Assembly (NCBI GenBank): GCA_944387565.1 | Contig: CALXFJ010000002.1 | Coordinates: forward strand, 9,354-73,353 | Source: an uncultured Clostridia bacterium | GTDB taxonomy: Bacteria > Bacillota > Clostridia > TANB77 > CAG-508 | DNA: 64,000 nt | Direction: 5' to 3' | The notes under the pieces: model-generated | What the model was told of the DNA's origin: nothing | The model's database searches: none | Seen by the model: the letters and a program-made list of their open reading frames with translations, nothing else | In this document: positions 40,926 through 51,656 of the stretch, piece by piece | Numbering within the stretch: the stretch's first letter is position 1 | Layout: every line of letters starts with the position of its first letter | Program-made: the position numbers and the translations under genes

Positions 40926-42803
40926 ATGAGAAAAATTAATTCAAAAGGAATAACTTTAATTAGTTTGGTAATTACAATTGCTGTATTATTAATTTTAGCT
41001 TCTATTGCTACATATAGTGGAATAGATGTTATTAGACAATCAAAATTAAATAAGTTTACAGCAGAAATGAAAGTTATGCAGACACAAGTAAATGATTTAT
41101 ACCAAAAATATACAGATGGAAGAAGTGTAACTATTGGAGGTAGTACTTATACAGGAGATGATATTTTAAATAAAATAGGACAGGATTTACCATCTAATGC
41201 TGATAGTGTTTTTACAAGTGAAAAATCTGGAATAACGGAAAAAGAAGGATATAGATATTATAATCAAGATACAATTAAAGGATTAAATATAGATGGAGTA
41301 GAAGGAGAATTCTATGTTAATGTAAAAAATAGAAGTGTAATATCAACTGAAGGGCTAGAATATGAAGGAACTACTTATTATACTTTAGAACAATTACCAA
41401 ATGGATTGTATAATGTAGATTATGAAGATAAAAATACAGGAAAACCAACATTTGATGTTTCAATAGAAAATATTGGAGATAAAAATAGAATTGTTATATC
41501 AAATATTAATTATAATGGTTATGTAGATAAATGGCAAGTAAAATATCAAAAAGAAGGACAAGATTATTGGAGTACTTCTGATGATTTAAGCTTTGTAGTT
41601 TCGGAAGATGGACTTTATAAAGTAAAGATAGTTAATGGAAATATAGAATCAGATGAGAAAAAAGTAATGATTTCAGATGGAAGATGGAATGGAAGTGTAA
41701 ATATACCTAATCTAAAAGGAGATATGGAACCAGTATATTGGGATGAAAGTAATAATGAAGTAAATTTAGAAGATGATAATTTTGATTCAACTAAATGGTA
41801 TGATTATAATAGTAATAAATGGGCAAATGCAAAAACATCTGACGGAAGTTATTGGGTATGGATACCAAGATATGAATACCAAGTAATAAATAATGTAACT
41901 GATAGTAGCCAAGCAGGAACAGTAAATGTTAATTTTATCCCAACAAGTACAATAACAGCATGTAGTAGTGATTATTATATACACCCATCATTTAGAGATG
42001 ATAGTAGTAATAATTTCTCTAATGGTGGATGGGATAGTGAGTTACCAGGATTTTGGGTAGCAAAATATGAAATGAGTATGGAAGATGGAAATGGAAATCA
42101 TGTAGAAACGACAGAATCCAATGGAAATGTAGCTTTAAGTGATACTGTAAAGATTGTAAGTAAACCAGGAGTGACAAGCTGGAGATATATAAATATAGCA
42201 AATAGTTATACAAATTCATATAATTATGATAGAACAAAAGAAAGCCATTTAATGAAAAATAGTGAATGGGGAGCAGTAGCATTTTTAACACATAGTAAAT
42301 ATGGAAGAAAAGGACAAGAAGTAACAATAAATTCAAATAGTAGTTATTATACAGGAGGAGGTACAGGAGAAGCATATAAAACAACAAATACAAATCAAAG
42401 TAGTACAGGAAATATAACAGGGATATACGATTTAAATGGAGGAGCTATTGAATATGTAGCGGCATTTAATGGAAATTATTCAGGAGAATATTATACAGGA
42501 AGTTCATATGTAGATGCAGAAGGAAATAATTTTGCAAATACGGGGGGAAAAAGTACAAAGTATGCAACAGCTTATTCAGGAACATTAATAAGCTCAGCAT
42601 ATAAACGAGGTGATGCAACTTATGAAACAACTGGGTGGAACGGAGATAATGAGTTTTTCATAACTTCTGATAGAACGTTTTTTATACGCAGTGGAAGCTA
42701 TTTGGCTGGTTCTAGTGCAGGAATATTTTATTATAATTCTGTGAATGGTGGGTATAATAATGAAGATATTTATCGTTATTCATTCCGCATATGTCTTGCT
42801 TAA
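40926..42803 (+). CDS. membrane-anchored FGE-sulfatase (SUMF1/DUF323)-domain protein, long paralog
   Basis: N-terminus KGITLISLVITIAVLLILASIA resembles that of the 9851 protein. C-terminal FGE-domain blocks are FWVAKYEMS ... FFIRSGSY ... YRYSFRICLA. An intrinsic terminator follows at 42866-42895. Confidence 0.55.
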   Translation: MRKINSKGITLISLVITIAVLLILASIATYSGIDVIRQSKLNKFTAEMKVMQTQVNDLYQKYTDGRSVTIGGSTYTGDDILNKIGQDLPSNADSVFTSEKSGITEKEGYRYYNQDTIKGLNIDGVEGEFYVNVKNRSVISTEGLEYEGTTYYTLEQLPNGLYNVDYEDKNTGKPTFDVSIENIGDKNRIVISNINYNGYVDKWQVKYQKEGQDYWSTSDDLSFVVSEDGLYKVKIVNGNIESDEKKVMISDGRWNGSVNIPNLKGDMEPVYWDESNNEVNLEDDNFDSTKWYDYNSNKWANAKTSDGSYWVWIPRYEYQVINNVTDSSQAGTVNVNFIPTSTITACSSDYYIHPSFRDDSSNNFSNGGWDSELPGFWVAKYEMSMEDGNGNHVETTESNGNVALSDTVKIVSKPGVTSWRYINIANSYTNSYNYDRTKESHLMKNSEWGAVAFLTHSKYGRKGQEVTINSNSSYYTGGGTGEAYKTTNTNQSSTGNITGIYDLNGGAIEYVAAFNGNYSGEYYTGSSYVDAEGNNFANTGGKSTKYATAYSGTLISSAYKRGDATYETTGWNGDNEFFITSDRTFFIRSGSYLAGSSAGIFYYNSVNGGYNNEDIYRYSFRICLA

Positions 42804-42958
42804 TATTTTATTTATATATATAAAGTAAATAAATTTTATATAAAAATAATTTACTTTTTCTAAAAAAGAACTAATAAAAAACTATTAGTTCTTCTTTACT
42901 TTTATGGAAAAATAAGGTATAATAAACAGGTAATTTATAAGAGTTAGGAGAGATTTTT

Positions 42959-44455
42959 ATGTCAGAAAAAGAAAACAATGAAGAACTGGATATGAATCAT
43001 TTAATGCAAATAAGAAGAGATAAATTAGAAGAACTACAAAAAGAAGGAAAAGACCCATATCAAATAACAAAATTTAATAGAACAAACACAGCAGGAGAAA
43101 TAAAAGCAAACTATGAAAAATTTGAACAAAAAGATGTAACAGTAGCTGGAAGAATAATAGCAAAAAGAATAATGGGAAAAGCATCATTTTGTACTATACA
43201 AGATAGTGATGAAAAAATCCAAAGTTATGTAAGTATAAATGATTTAGGAGAAGAAAGTTATAAAGCATTTAAGACATTTGATATTGGAGATATTATAGGA
43301 ATTACTGGATTTGTATTTAAAACAAGAACAGAAGAAATATCAGTTCATGCTAAAGAAGTAACATTACTTTCAAAATCATTAAGACCATTACCAGAAAAAT
43401 TCCATGGACTAAAAGACCCAGATTTAAGATATCGTCAAAGATATGTTGATTTAATAGTAAATCCAGAAGTAAAAGAAACATTTATATTAAGAAGTAAAAT
43501 AATAAGCAAAATAAGAGAAATATTAAATGAAAAAGGATTTTTAGAAGTTGAAACACCAATATTAAACACAATATCAGGTGGAGCAACAGCAAAACCATTT
43601 ATAACACATCACAATGCTTTAAATATTGATATGTATTTAAGAATAGCACTTGAATTAAATCTAAAAAGATTAATAGTTGGTGGATTTGATAAAGTATATG
43701 AAATGGGAAGAGTATTCAGAAATGAAGGTATGGACATAAGACACAACCCAGAATTTACAGAATTAGAACTATATGCATCATATCAAGATTATCATGACAT
43801 GATGGATATAACAGAAGAAATATTCTCAAGAACAGCTAAAGAAGTATTAGGAACAACAAAAATAAACTATCAAGGACAAGATATAGATTTAGCACCAGGA
43901 TGGAAGAGAATAACAATGATAGATAGTATAAAAGAAGTAACAGGAATAGACTTTAATGAAATAAAAACTGATGAAGAAGCAGTTGCTTTAGCAAAAGAAA
44001 GAGGGTTAGAAATTCCAGATAAGACAAAAGAAACTAGAGGAGATGTAATAAGTATATTCTTTGATGAATATGTAGAAGAAACATTAATACAACCAACATT
44101 TGTATATGATTACCCAATAGAAATATCACCACTTGCTAAAAAGAAGAAAGAAGACCCAAGACTTACAGAAAGATTTGAAGCATTTATTGGCGGTCGTGAA
44201 TATGGAAATGCATTCTCAGAATTAAATGACCCAATAGACCAATATCAAAGATTCAAGAAACAAGTAGAGGCAAGAGAAGCAGGAGACGAAGAAGCAGGAA
44301 TGATGGATGAAGATTATATCCAAGCATTAGAAATAGGTTTACCACCAACTGGAGGATTAGGAATAGGAATTGACCGTTTAGTAATGTTATTAACTGATTC
44401 TAGTTCAATAAGAGATGCTTTATTATTCCCTACAATGAAGCCAATAGAAAAATAA
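42959..44455 (+). CDS. lysS: lysine--tRNA ligase (class II)
   Basis: 498 aa with an N-terminal OB anticodon-binding domain and class II motifs. Confidence 0.95.
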   Translation: MSEKENNEELDMNHLMQIRRDKLEELQKEGKDPYQITKFNRTNTAGEIKANYEKFEQKDVTVAGRIIAKRIMGKASFCTIQDSDEKIQSYVSINDLGEESYKAFKTFDIGDIIGITGFVFKTRTEEISVHAKEVTLLSKSLRPLPEKFHGLKDPDLRYRQRYVDLIVNPEVKETFILRSKIISKIREILNEKGFLEVETPILNTISGGATAKPFITHHNALNIDMYLRIALELNLKRLIVGGFDKVYEMGRVFRNEGMDIRHNPEFTELELYASYQDYHDMMDITEEIFSRTAKEVLGTTKINYQGQDIDLAPGWKRITMIDSIKEVTGIDFNEIKTDEEAVALAKERGLEIPDKTKETRGDVISIFFDEYVEETLIQPTFVYDYPIEISPLAKKKKEDPRLTERFEAFIGGREYGNAFSELNDPIDQYQRFKKQVEAREAGDEEAGMMDEDYIQALEIGLPPTGGLGIGIDRLVMLLTDSSSIRDALLFPTMKPIEK

Positions 44456-44617
44456 TAGATAAGAGTTGCTATATAAAGTAATAAAAGTAAAGGATTTATG
44501 CAATGATAGATTTTACAGAAGCAACATTAGTTAAATTTCCAGGCTCTATAAGAGAAAAAATAGAACATTCCTATAAAAAATTAAGTATAAATAAAAGAGG
44601 ATAACAAAGGAGTAAAT

Positions 44618-45352
44618 ATGTTTAATTTTTCATTTGATAGAAGAGTATTATATATAGTAATTGCAATATTAGTAGTAATATCATTAACTAATCTAATGAC
44701 AAACCCAGGAGCATTATATTCATTACTACTTGGAATACCGGGAGTGTTAGTAGCAATTACATTCCACGAATTTGCACATGGTATAGTAGCGTATAAATTA
44801 GGAGACAATACAGCCAAAAATGAAGGAAGACTTAGCCTTAATCCATTTGCACACTTAGACCCAATAGGAACATTAATGTTAGTATTTGCAGGATTTGGTT
44901 GGGGAAAACCGGTACATGTAAATCCAAGTAACTATACAAGAAAAATTTCAATGGAAAAAGGAGAAGCAATAGTATCAGCAGCAGGACCAATAATGAATAT
45001 CTTACTTGCATTTGTATTTGCAATTATATATTTTGTAATATATAAATTTGCAGGAAGTGAAATTTTGGATTCAACAGTAGGATGGGTAATAATGCAAATA
45101 ATAGCTTCTACAATTGCAACTAACGTAGGATTAGGAGTATTTAACTTAATACCATTACCACCACTAGATGGTTCAAAAATAATTATGCCATTTTTACCAT
45201 ACAAGGCAAAACAATGGTTTATAAATAATGAGCAAATATTTTATCTAGTATTTATAGTATTATGGATAACAGGATTAGCTGGAAGAATAATATCACCAGC
45301 AATTACTTGGATTGCAACAGGAATAATGAATATTTGTAGTTTTATATTATAA
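44618..45352 (+). CDS. site-2 protease family (M50) membrane metalloprotease
   Basis: HEFAH zinc motif and a downstream LDG motif (PLPPLDGSKI) in a polytopic membrane protein. Confidence 0.7.
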   Translation: MFNFSFDRRVLYIVIAILVVISLTNLMTNPGALYSLLLGIPGVLVAITFHEFAHGIVAYKLGDNTAKNEGRLSLNPFAHLDPIGTLMLVFAGFGWGKPVHVNPSNYTRKISMEKGEAIVSAAGPIMNILLAFVFAIIYFVIYKFAGSEILDSTVGWVIMQIIASTIATNVGLGVFNLIPLPPLDGSKIIMPFLPYKAKQWFINNEQIFYLVFIVLWITGLAGRIISPAITWIATGIMNICSFIL

Positions 45353-45418
45353 AAATAAGGGTTTCAGACGCCTTTTGTGGCTATGAAGCCTATATTAATA
45401 TTAAAGGAAGGAAAAAAC

Positions 45419-46426
45419 ATGAAAGATATACTAACAATGGGAATAGAATCAAGCTGTGATGAAACATCAGTAGCAATAGTGAAAAATGGAAGAGAAATAT
45501 TATCAAATGTAATAGACACACAAATACCTATACATGAAAAATATGGTGGAGTGGTTCCGGAAATAGCATCAAGGAATCATATAGAAGCAATATCAAGAGT
45601 AGCAAAAAAAGCTTTTAAAGACGCAAATGTCAAAATAGAAGATATAGATGCAATAACACCAACATATGGGCCAGGATTAGTAGGCGCATTACTTGTAGGA
45701 GTATCATATGCAAAAGCATTAGCATTTGCAAATAATATACCACTTGTTGGAGTAAATCACATAGAAGGACATATTGCAGCAAATTATATAACACATAAAG
45801 AATTAAAACCACCATTTTTATGCGTAATGATGTCAGGAGGAAATACACAAATTATTTATGTAAAAGATTATACAAAGTTTGAAGTATTAGGAAAAACAAG
45901 AGACGATGCAATAGGAGAAGCATTTGATAAAGTAGCAAGAGTAGTTGGACTAGGATATCCAGGGGGACCAAAAGTAGACAAACTAGCAAAAGAAGGAATA
46001 GCAAACATAGACCTTCCAAAAACACATTTTGAAAAAGAAGAATATACATTAGACTTTAGCTTTAGTGGAATAAAAACAGCGGTAATAAATTTACATCATA
46101 AAAATCCTAATATAAATAAAGCTGATTTATGTGCTAGCTTTGAAAAAAACGTAACAGAGACTTTAATGGAAAACGTAAAAAAAGCAATAGAGAAAACAGG
46201 AATAAAAGTAGTTAGCCTAGCAGGAGGAGTATCAGCAAATACATATATAAGAGGGGCTTTTAAAGAGCTAGAAAAAGAAGGAATAAAAGTATATATGCCA
46301 GACTTAAAACTATGTACTGATAATGCAGCGATGATAGCATCAAGCGGATATTACAATTTTATAGAAGGAAAAAGAAGTTCATTAGACTTAAATGCAATAC
46401 CAAATTTAAAATTAAACAATAACTAA
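45419..46426 (+). CDS. tsaD: tRNA N6-adenosine threonylcarbamoyltransferase
   Basis: Kae1/TsaD family protein starting [21 protein letters not shown] with HIEGH metal ligands. Confidence 0.9.
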   Translation: MKDILTMGIESSCDETSVAIVKNGREILSNVIDTQIPIHEKYGGVVPEIASRNHIEAISRVAKKAFKDANVKIEDIDAITPTYGPGLVGALLVGVSYAKALAFANNIPLVGVNHIEGHIAANYITHKELKPPFLCVMMSGGNTQIIYVKDYTKFEVLGKTRDDAIGEAFDKVARVVGLGYPGGPKVDKLAKEGIANIDLPKTHFEKEEYTLDFSFSGIKTAVINLHHKNPNINKADLCASFEKNVTETLMENVKKAIEKTGIKVVSLAGGVSANTYIRGAFKELEKEGIKVYMPDLKLCTDNAAMIASSGYYNFIEGKRSSLDLNAIPNLKLNNN

Positions 46427-46440
46427 AGAAAGGAAAATAA

Positions 46441-46830
46441 ATGGAAGAGAATAAAGAAAATAGTAAAGAAGAAAAATCAAAAGAAAACAAGAAAGAAAAA
46501 ACTAAAAATAAAAAAATATTAGTATTAATAATAGGAATAATGATTGTAATAGTAGCAGGGATAGCAGTATTTACAATGTCACAAAGAAATGATAAAGAGA
46601 AAAAAGCAGAAGAAATATTTGGAAATGATTACTGTGACTCAGTATTACATATGGCAACTAGAGATTTAGTAGAACATACATGTAGCATATGTGGAGAAAA
46701 ATTCCAAGATTCAGGAATGAGAGCAGATATTTGTGATAAATGTGCTAATTTATTAGACCGTTGTAATTTCTGTGGGAAAAAATTAAGTGAAGAAGTAAAA
46801 GAACAAAGAAATGAATTATTAGGAGAATAG
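46441..46830 (+). CDS. membrane-anchored zinc-ribbon protein
   Basis: Basic N-terminus, one transmembrane segment, then a C-terminal CxxC...CxxC...CxxC cluster. Confidence 0.5.
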   Translation: MEENKENSKEEKSKENKKEKTKNKKILVLIIGIMIVIVAGIAVFTMSQRNDKEKKAEEIFGNDYCDSVLHMATRDLVEHTCSICGEKFQDSGMRADICDKCANLLDRCNFCGKKLSEEVKEQRNELLGE

Positions 46831-46841
46831 AGGAGTAGTAT

Positions 46842-47546
46842 ATGTCAATATATACAATAGGAGATTTACATTTATCTTTTAAAGAAAATAAGCCAATGAG
46901 TGTATTTGGAGATAATTGGAAAGACCATGATAAAAAAATAAAAAAGGACTGGGAAGAAAAAGTAAAAGAAGAAGATTTAGTAATCTTACCAGGAGATTTT
47001 TCATGGGCAATGTATTTAAAAGACACAGATGAAGATTTTAAATATTTAAATAACTTACCAGGAAGAAAACTATTATTAAAAGGAAATCATGATTACTGGT
47101 GGACAACTTTAAATAAGATGAGGAATTTTTTAAAAGAAAATGATTTCGAAAATATAGATTTTATATATAATAATGCATATGAATTTGAAAACCACATTAT
47201 AGTAGGAGCAAGAGGATGGAGTATGACAGATGATGCAGAGGATATTAGATTGTTTAAAAGAGATGCAATAAGATTAGAATTATCAATAAAGGATGGAATA
47301 GAAAAATACGGGGATGAAAAGGAAATAATAGCATTTACACATTATCCGCCAATTATAAAATCCAATATTACTAAAAATGAAACAAATGAAATGATAGATA
47401 TATTAAAAAAATATAACATAAAAAGATGTTATTATGGACATTTACATAGTACATCAATTAAAGATGCAGTAGAAGGAGAATATTTTGGAATTAACTTTAA
47501 ATTAGTAAGTGCTGATGGATTAGATTTTAAATTATGGAGGATTTAA
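46842..47546 (+). CDS. calcineurin-like metallophosphoesterase
   Basis: Phosphoesterase motifs GDLH...GNHD...GHLH. Confidence 0.7.
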   Translation: MSIYTIGDLHLSFKENKPMSVFGDNWKDHDKKIKKDWEEKVKEEDLVILPGDFSWAMYLKDTDEDFKYLNNLPGRKLLLKGNHDYWWTTLNKMRNFLKENDFENIDFIYNNAYEFENHIIVGARGWSMTDDAEDIRLFKRDAIRLELSIKDGIEKYGDEKEIIAFTHYPPIIKSNITKNETNEMIDILKKYNIKRCYYGHLHSTSIKDAVEGEYFGINFKLVSADGLDFKLWRI

Positions 47547-47555
47547 ATAAATTCT

Positions 47556-49602
47556 ATGATAGATTTAAATAAAGATGTAAAATATATAAAAGGAGTAGGA
47601 CCAAATAGAGTATTACTTTTAAATAAACTTCGGAATATTTACTTTAAAAGATTTAATTACATATTATCCAAGAACATATGAAGATAGGAGCAAGCCTAAA
47701 TATATATATGAATGTGAAGATGGAGAAGAAGTATTAATAGAAGCGGTTGCATGTAATAGAGTAAATAGTATAAAACTTAAAGGTAAGACTATGCAAAGAT
47801 TACAAGTAAGAGATGAAACAGGAGATGCAATAATAACATGGTTTAACCAACCTTATTTAAGAGATACATTTAAAATAGGAGAAAAATATAAATTTTTTGG
47901 TAAGGTAAATAAAAAAACAGGAAAAATAATGTTTAATTCACCAGTATTTGATAAAGGAGATAAAATCCAAAATACAGGAAGAATTATTCCTATATATCCA
48001 CTTACTTTTAAACTTTCTCAAAATCAATTAAGAAAGATTATGGAAGCTGGAATAAAAGAAGTATATGGAAATTTACCAGAAACTTTACCTAATTACTTAT
48101 TAGAAGAATATAAGTTAGAAAATATAAATGATGCAACAAAACATATACATTTTCCAGATGAATTTAAAGATTTTAATATAGCAAGAAAGAGGCTTGTTTT
48201 TGAAGAATTATTATCAGTACAACTTGCACTTTTAGAATTAAAAAATAGCTATAATAATGATATAAAAGGAATAGCTTTTAGTAAAGATGCTAAAATGTCT
48301 GATGTAATAAATTCATTACCATTTAAATTAACAAAAGCACAATTAAGAGTATTAGAAGAAATTGATAGTGATATGGAATCTAATAAAAATATGAATAGAT
48401 TACTTCAAGGAGATGTAGGTTCTGGTAAAACTGTAGTTGCAATGTGTGCAGCATATAAAGCAGTAAAATCGGGATATCAAGCAGCAATAATGGCACCAAC
48501 CGCAATTTTAGCTACTCAGCATTTAGAAAACTTTAAAGGGATGTTAGAAAATTTAGGAATTAGATGTGAATTATTAATTTCAGGAATAACTAAAAAGAAA
48601 AAAGAAGATATATTGGAAAGATTAAAAAATGGTGAAATAGATATATTAATAGGAACACATGCAATTATTGAAGATAATGTACTATTTAAAAAATTAGGAT
48701 TAGTTGTAACAGATGAACAACATAGATTTGGTGTAAAACAAAGAACGAAAATTGCAGAAAAAGGAGAAAATCCAGATGTGTTAGTAATGACAGCAACACC
48801 AATACCACGTACACTTGCTTTAATATTATATGGAGACTTAGATATATCAATTATAGATGAATTGCCACCAAATAGAAAAAAAATAGAAACTTTTGCAGTA
48901 AATAGGAAAATGACAGATAGAGTAAATGCTTTTATAAGAAAGCAAATAGAAGAAGGAAGACAAGCATATATAGTATGTCCTCTAGTAGAAGAAAACGAAG
49001 AAATGGATTTAAAATCTGTTGAAAAAATATATGAAACTTATAGTAAAGAAGTCTTTCCAGATTATAAGGTAGAATATATACATGGAAAAATGAAACCAAA
49101 AGAAAAAGATAGTATAATGGAAAGATTTAAAAATAAAGAAATAGATATATTAATATCAACAACTGTAATAGAAGTAGGAGTAGATGTTCCAAATAGTAAT
49201 ATAATGGTAATAGAAAATGCAGAAAGATTTGGATTAGCACAACTTCATCAATTAAGAGGAAGAGTAGGAAGAGGTAATTATCAGTCTTATTGTATTTTAA
49301 TATGTGAAGGAAACAGCGAAACAATAAGGAAAAGAATGAAAGTTATGTGTGAAACAAATGATGGATTTGTAATATCAGAAAAGGACTTGGAACTAAGAGG
49401 TTCAGGAGATTTTTTTGGAACAGCACAACATGGACTTCCAGAATTTAAAATTGCTAACTTATTTGAAGATGTGGATGTATTAAAAATGGTACAAAGTGTA
49501 GCAATGAAAATATTATTAGATGACCCTAAACTAGAAAAAGAAAAAAATAAATTATTAAAAGAATTAATAAAGGACAAATTTACAAAAAGAATAGAAATAT
49601 AA
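47556..49602 (+). pseudogene. recG: ATP-dependent DNA helicase RecG, interrupted by a +1 frameshift at about 47631
   Basis: An ATG at 47556 gives MIDLNKDVKYIKGVGPNRVLLLNKL and then derails (RNIYFKRFNYILSKNI*). The +1 frame continues GIFTLKDLITYYPRTYEDRSKPKYIYECEDGEEVLIEAVACNRVNSIKLKGKT into the annotated ORF 47791-49602. Removing the single C in cttCGGaata yields a normal RecG of about 681 aa. Confidence 0.85.
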
Positions 49603-49717
49603 GGCTGTTTTTAGAACGGCTTCAAAAAACAGCCTATAAATTTTCTTGGTGAAGAAGATAGTATTTATTGACTTCTTTCAAGAAAAATAGTATATTAATA
49701 TAGACAAATAAAAAAGG

Positions 49718-49921
49718 ATGTTGATAAAAATGTTTCAAATAATTGTTAGTTTATTAGCAGCAATAATGTTACTTATAGGAGTTATTTTAATATATGATGC
49801 ACGTTTAATAACAAAAAAATTTTTTGGATTTGGAGACCAAAATGAAGCTTCTAGTGGATTAAAAATATTAGGTTTTTTATTAGTCATAATAGGAGGACTT
49901 ATTTTATATTTTAATTTTTAA
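49718..49921 (+). CDS. small two-TM membrane protein (67 aa)
   Basis: Hydrophobic ORF with its own TTGACT-17-TATATT promoter. Confidence 0.4.
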   Translation: MLIKMFQIIVSLLAAIMLLIGVILIYDARLITKKFFGFGDQNEASSGLKILGFLLVIIGGLILYFNF

Positions 49922-49986
49922 AATTTGCTTGACAAAGTGTAGTGATTTGTGCTAATATAAGTATTGTTAAGTTGAAAAATAAATAT

Positions 49987-50070
49987 GCGGATGTGGCGGA
50001 ACTGGTAGACGCGCTAGTCTTAGGAACTAGTGCCAACGGCGTGGGGGTTCAAGTCCCTTCATCCGCACCA
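49987..50070 (+). tRNA. tRNA-Leu (anticodon TAG)
   Basis: 84 nt with a long variable arm, anticodon loop cuUAGga and an encoded CCA. A TTGACA-17-TAATAT promoter lies upstream. Confidence 0.85.
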
Positions 50071-50207
50071 AAATAGAAATCAATACAGAAGTTGGTTTCT
50101 ATTTTTTTGTAAATAATTTTTGAAAAAATTTACATAATGTGGTATAATAGTAATTGTATACTCCAAGTGAGTATTTTTAATAACATACCAATACATAAGG
50201 ATGAAAT

Positions 50208-50594
50208 ATGAAAGATACAACAATTACGGTAGAAAATATGTCACAATTGGTAAGCAATACCTTTAAGGAATGCCTTTTTAAGGAAGGCGAAGATACATCA
50301 AACTATGTTATAGGAGAAGGAATTAAGAACAATTTTGGATTTAATCCCCAAAGACTAGAACAACATCGTGAGCTTGTAACAGCTATACTTAACGAATTGC
50401 CAGATGACTTTAAGAAAGGGTATACTTTTCTTGGCATTTGTGTCAATAAAGATGGTAAGTTGTGGACAGGTGAACACAGAGTTTGTGAACAACTAGTTGC
50501 TATGGCAAATGCATTAGGTTTGATGTCTTATTGCTTCCCAAGGACCGTTTGGGGTGTTTTGCCTCAAAAACTTCCGTATGTACAAATTAATTAA
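50208..50594 (+). CDS. hypothetical protein (128 aa), tRNA-Leu-adjacent and GC-enriched
   Basis: AGGA RBS and an extended -10 (TGGTATAAT). Its codon usage is atypical for the window. An intrinsic terminator cccacctcgaaagaggtgg follows. Confidence 0.5.
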   Translation: MKDTTITVENMSQLVSNTFKECLFKEGEDTSNYVIGEGIKNNFGFNPQRLEQHRELVTAILNELPDDFKKGYTFLGICVNKDGKLWTGEHRVCEQLVAMANALGLMSYCFPRTVWGVLPQKLPYVQIN

Positions 50595-50724
50595 TGGTAT
50601 GAATTAAATAAGAAATTATTCTTCCCACCTCGAAAGAGGTGGTTTCTTTTGGTTCTTTTTACAAAAATGCAAAACCTTAAATTTTGTGATATGATATAAA
50701 AGATAAAGTAATAAGGAGAATGAA

Positions 50725-51573
50725 ATGGAAGAAATATATATAAAAGCAAGAGCAAAAATAAACCTAAATTTAGAAGTATTAGGAAAAAGAGAAGATAATT
50801 ATCATAATATAAAATCAATATTTCAAAAAATAAACTTATATGATGAAATAAAAATAAAAAAATTAAAAATAGACAAATTTAAAATGATTACAAACATAAA
50901 AGAATTAAATAATGAAGAAAATATTATTTATAAAGCTTACAAAAAATTAAAAGAAAAATATGAGCAAATAAAAGGAATTGAGATAAAATTAAATAAAAGA
51001 ATCCCAATCCAAGCAGGAATGGCAGGGGGAAGTACAGATTGTGCAGCTTTTATTGTAGCAATGAATAAATTATTTTCTTTAAACTTATCAAAAGAAAAAA
51101 TGAAAACTTTAGGAAAAGAATTAGGAGCTGATGTAGTTCCATGTTTTTATAATAGAGCTGTGATAGTAGAAGGAATAGGAGATATAGTAACTAAAATAGA
51201 TACAAACTTTAAATACTATATAGTTATTATAAAACCCGAAATATCTTGTAATACCAAAGAAATGTATAACAGATTAGATGAAAAAGAAATAAAACAAAAA
51301 GATACAACAAAAAAAATAATAAAAGCTTTAGAAAATCACGATATAAAAATACTATCAAATAATCTGTATAATGTATTTGAAGAAGTTATAGAAAATAAGG
51401 AAATAATAAAAGAGTTAAAAGAAGAACTTATAAAATATGGAGCAATATCTTCATTAATGACTGGTTCAGGCTCAGCAGTTTATGGAATATTTAAAGATAA
51501 GGATACAGCAAAAAATGCATATGAAAAATTAAAAGATAAATATAATACATATATATGCACATCATATAATTAA
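50725..51573 (+). CDS. ispE: 4-diphosphocytidyl-2-C-methyl-D-erythritol kinase
   Basis: GHMP kinase motif PIQAGMAGGSTD, 282 aa. Confidence 0.9.
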   Translation: MEEIYIKARAKINLNLEVLGKREDNYHNIKSIFQKINLYDEIKIKKLKIDKFKMITNIKELNNEENIIYKAYKKLKEKYEQIKGIEIKLNKRIPIQAGMAGGSTDCAAFIVAMNKLFSLNLSKEKMKTLGKELGADVVPCFYNRAVIVEGIGDIVTKIDTNFKYYIVIIKPEISCNTKEMYNRLDEKEIKQKDTTKKIIKALENHDIKILSNNLYNVFEEVIENKEIIKELKEELIKYGAISSLMTGSGSAVYGIFKDKDTAKNAYEKLKDKYNTYICTSYN

Positions 51574-51656
51574 AAAAAGATTTATATAAAAATAAAATAC
51601 CCTTCAAGAAAATAAATTTCTTGAGGGGTATCATTGAATTTAGCCAGTTTGATTTG

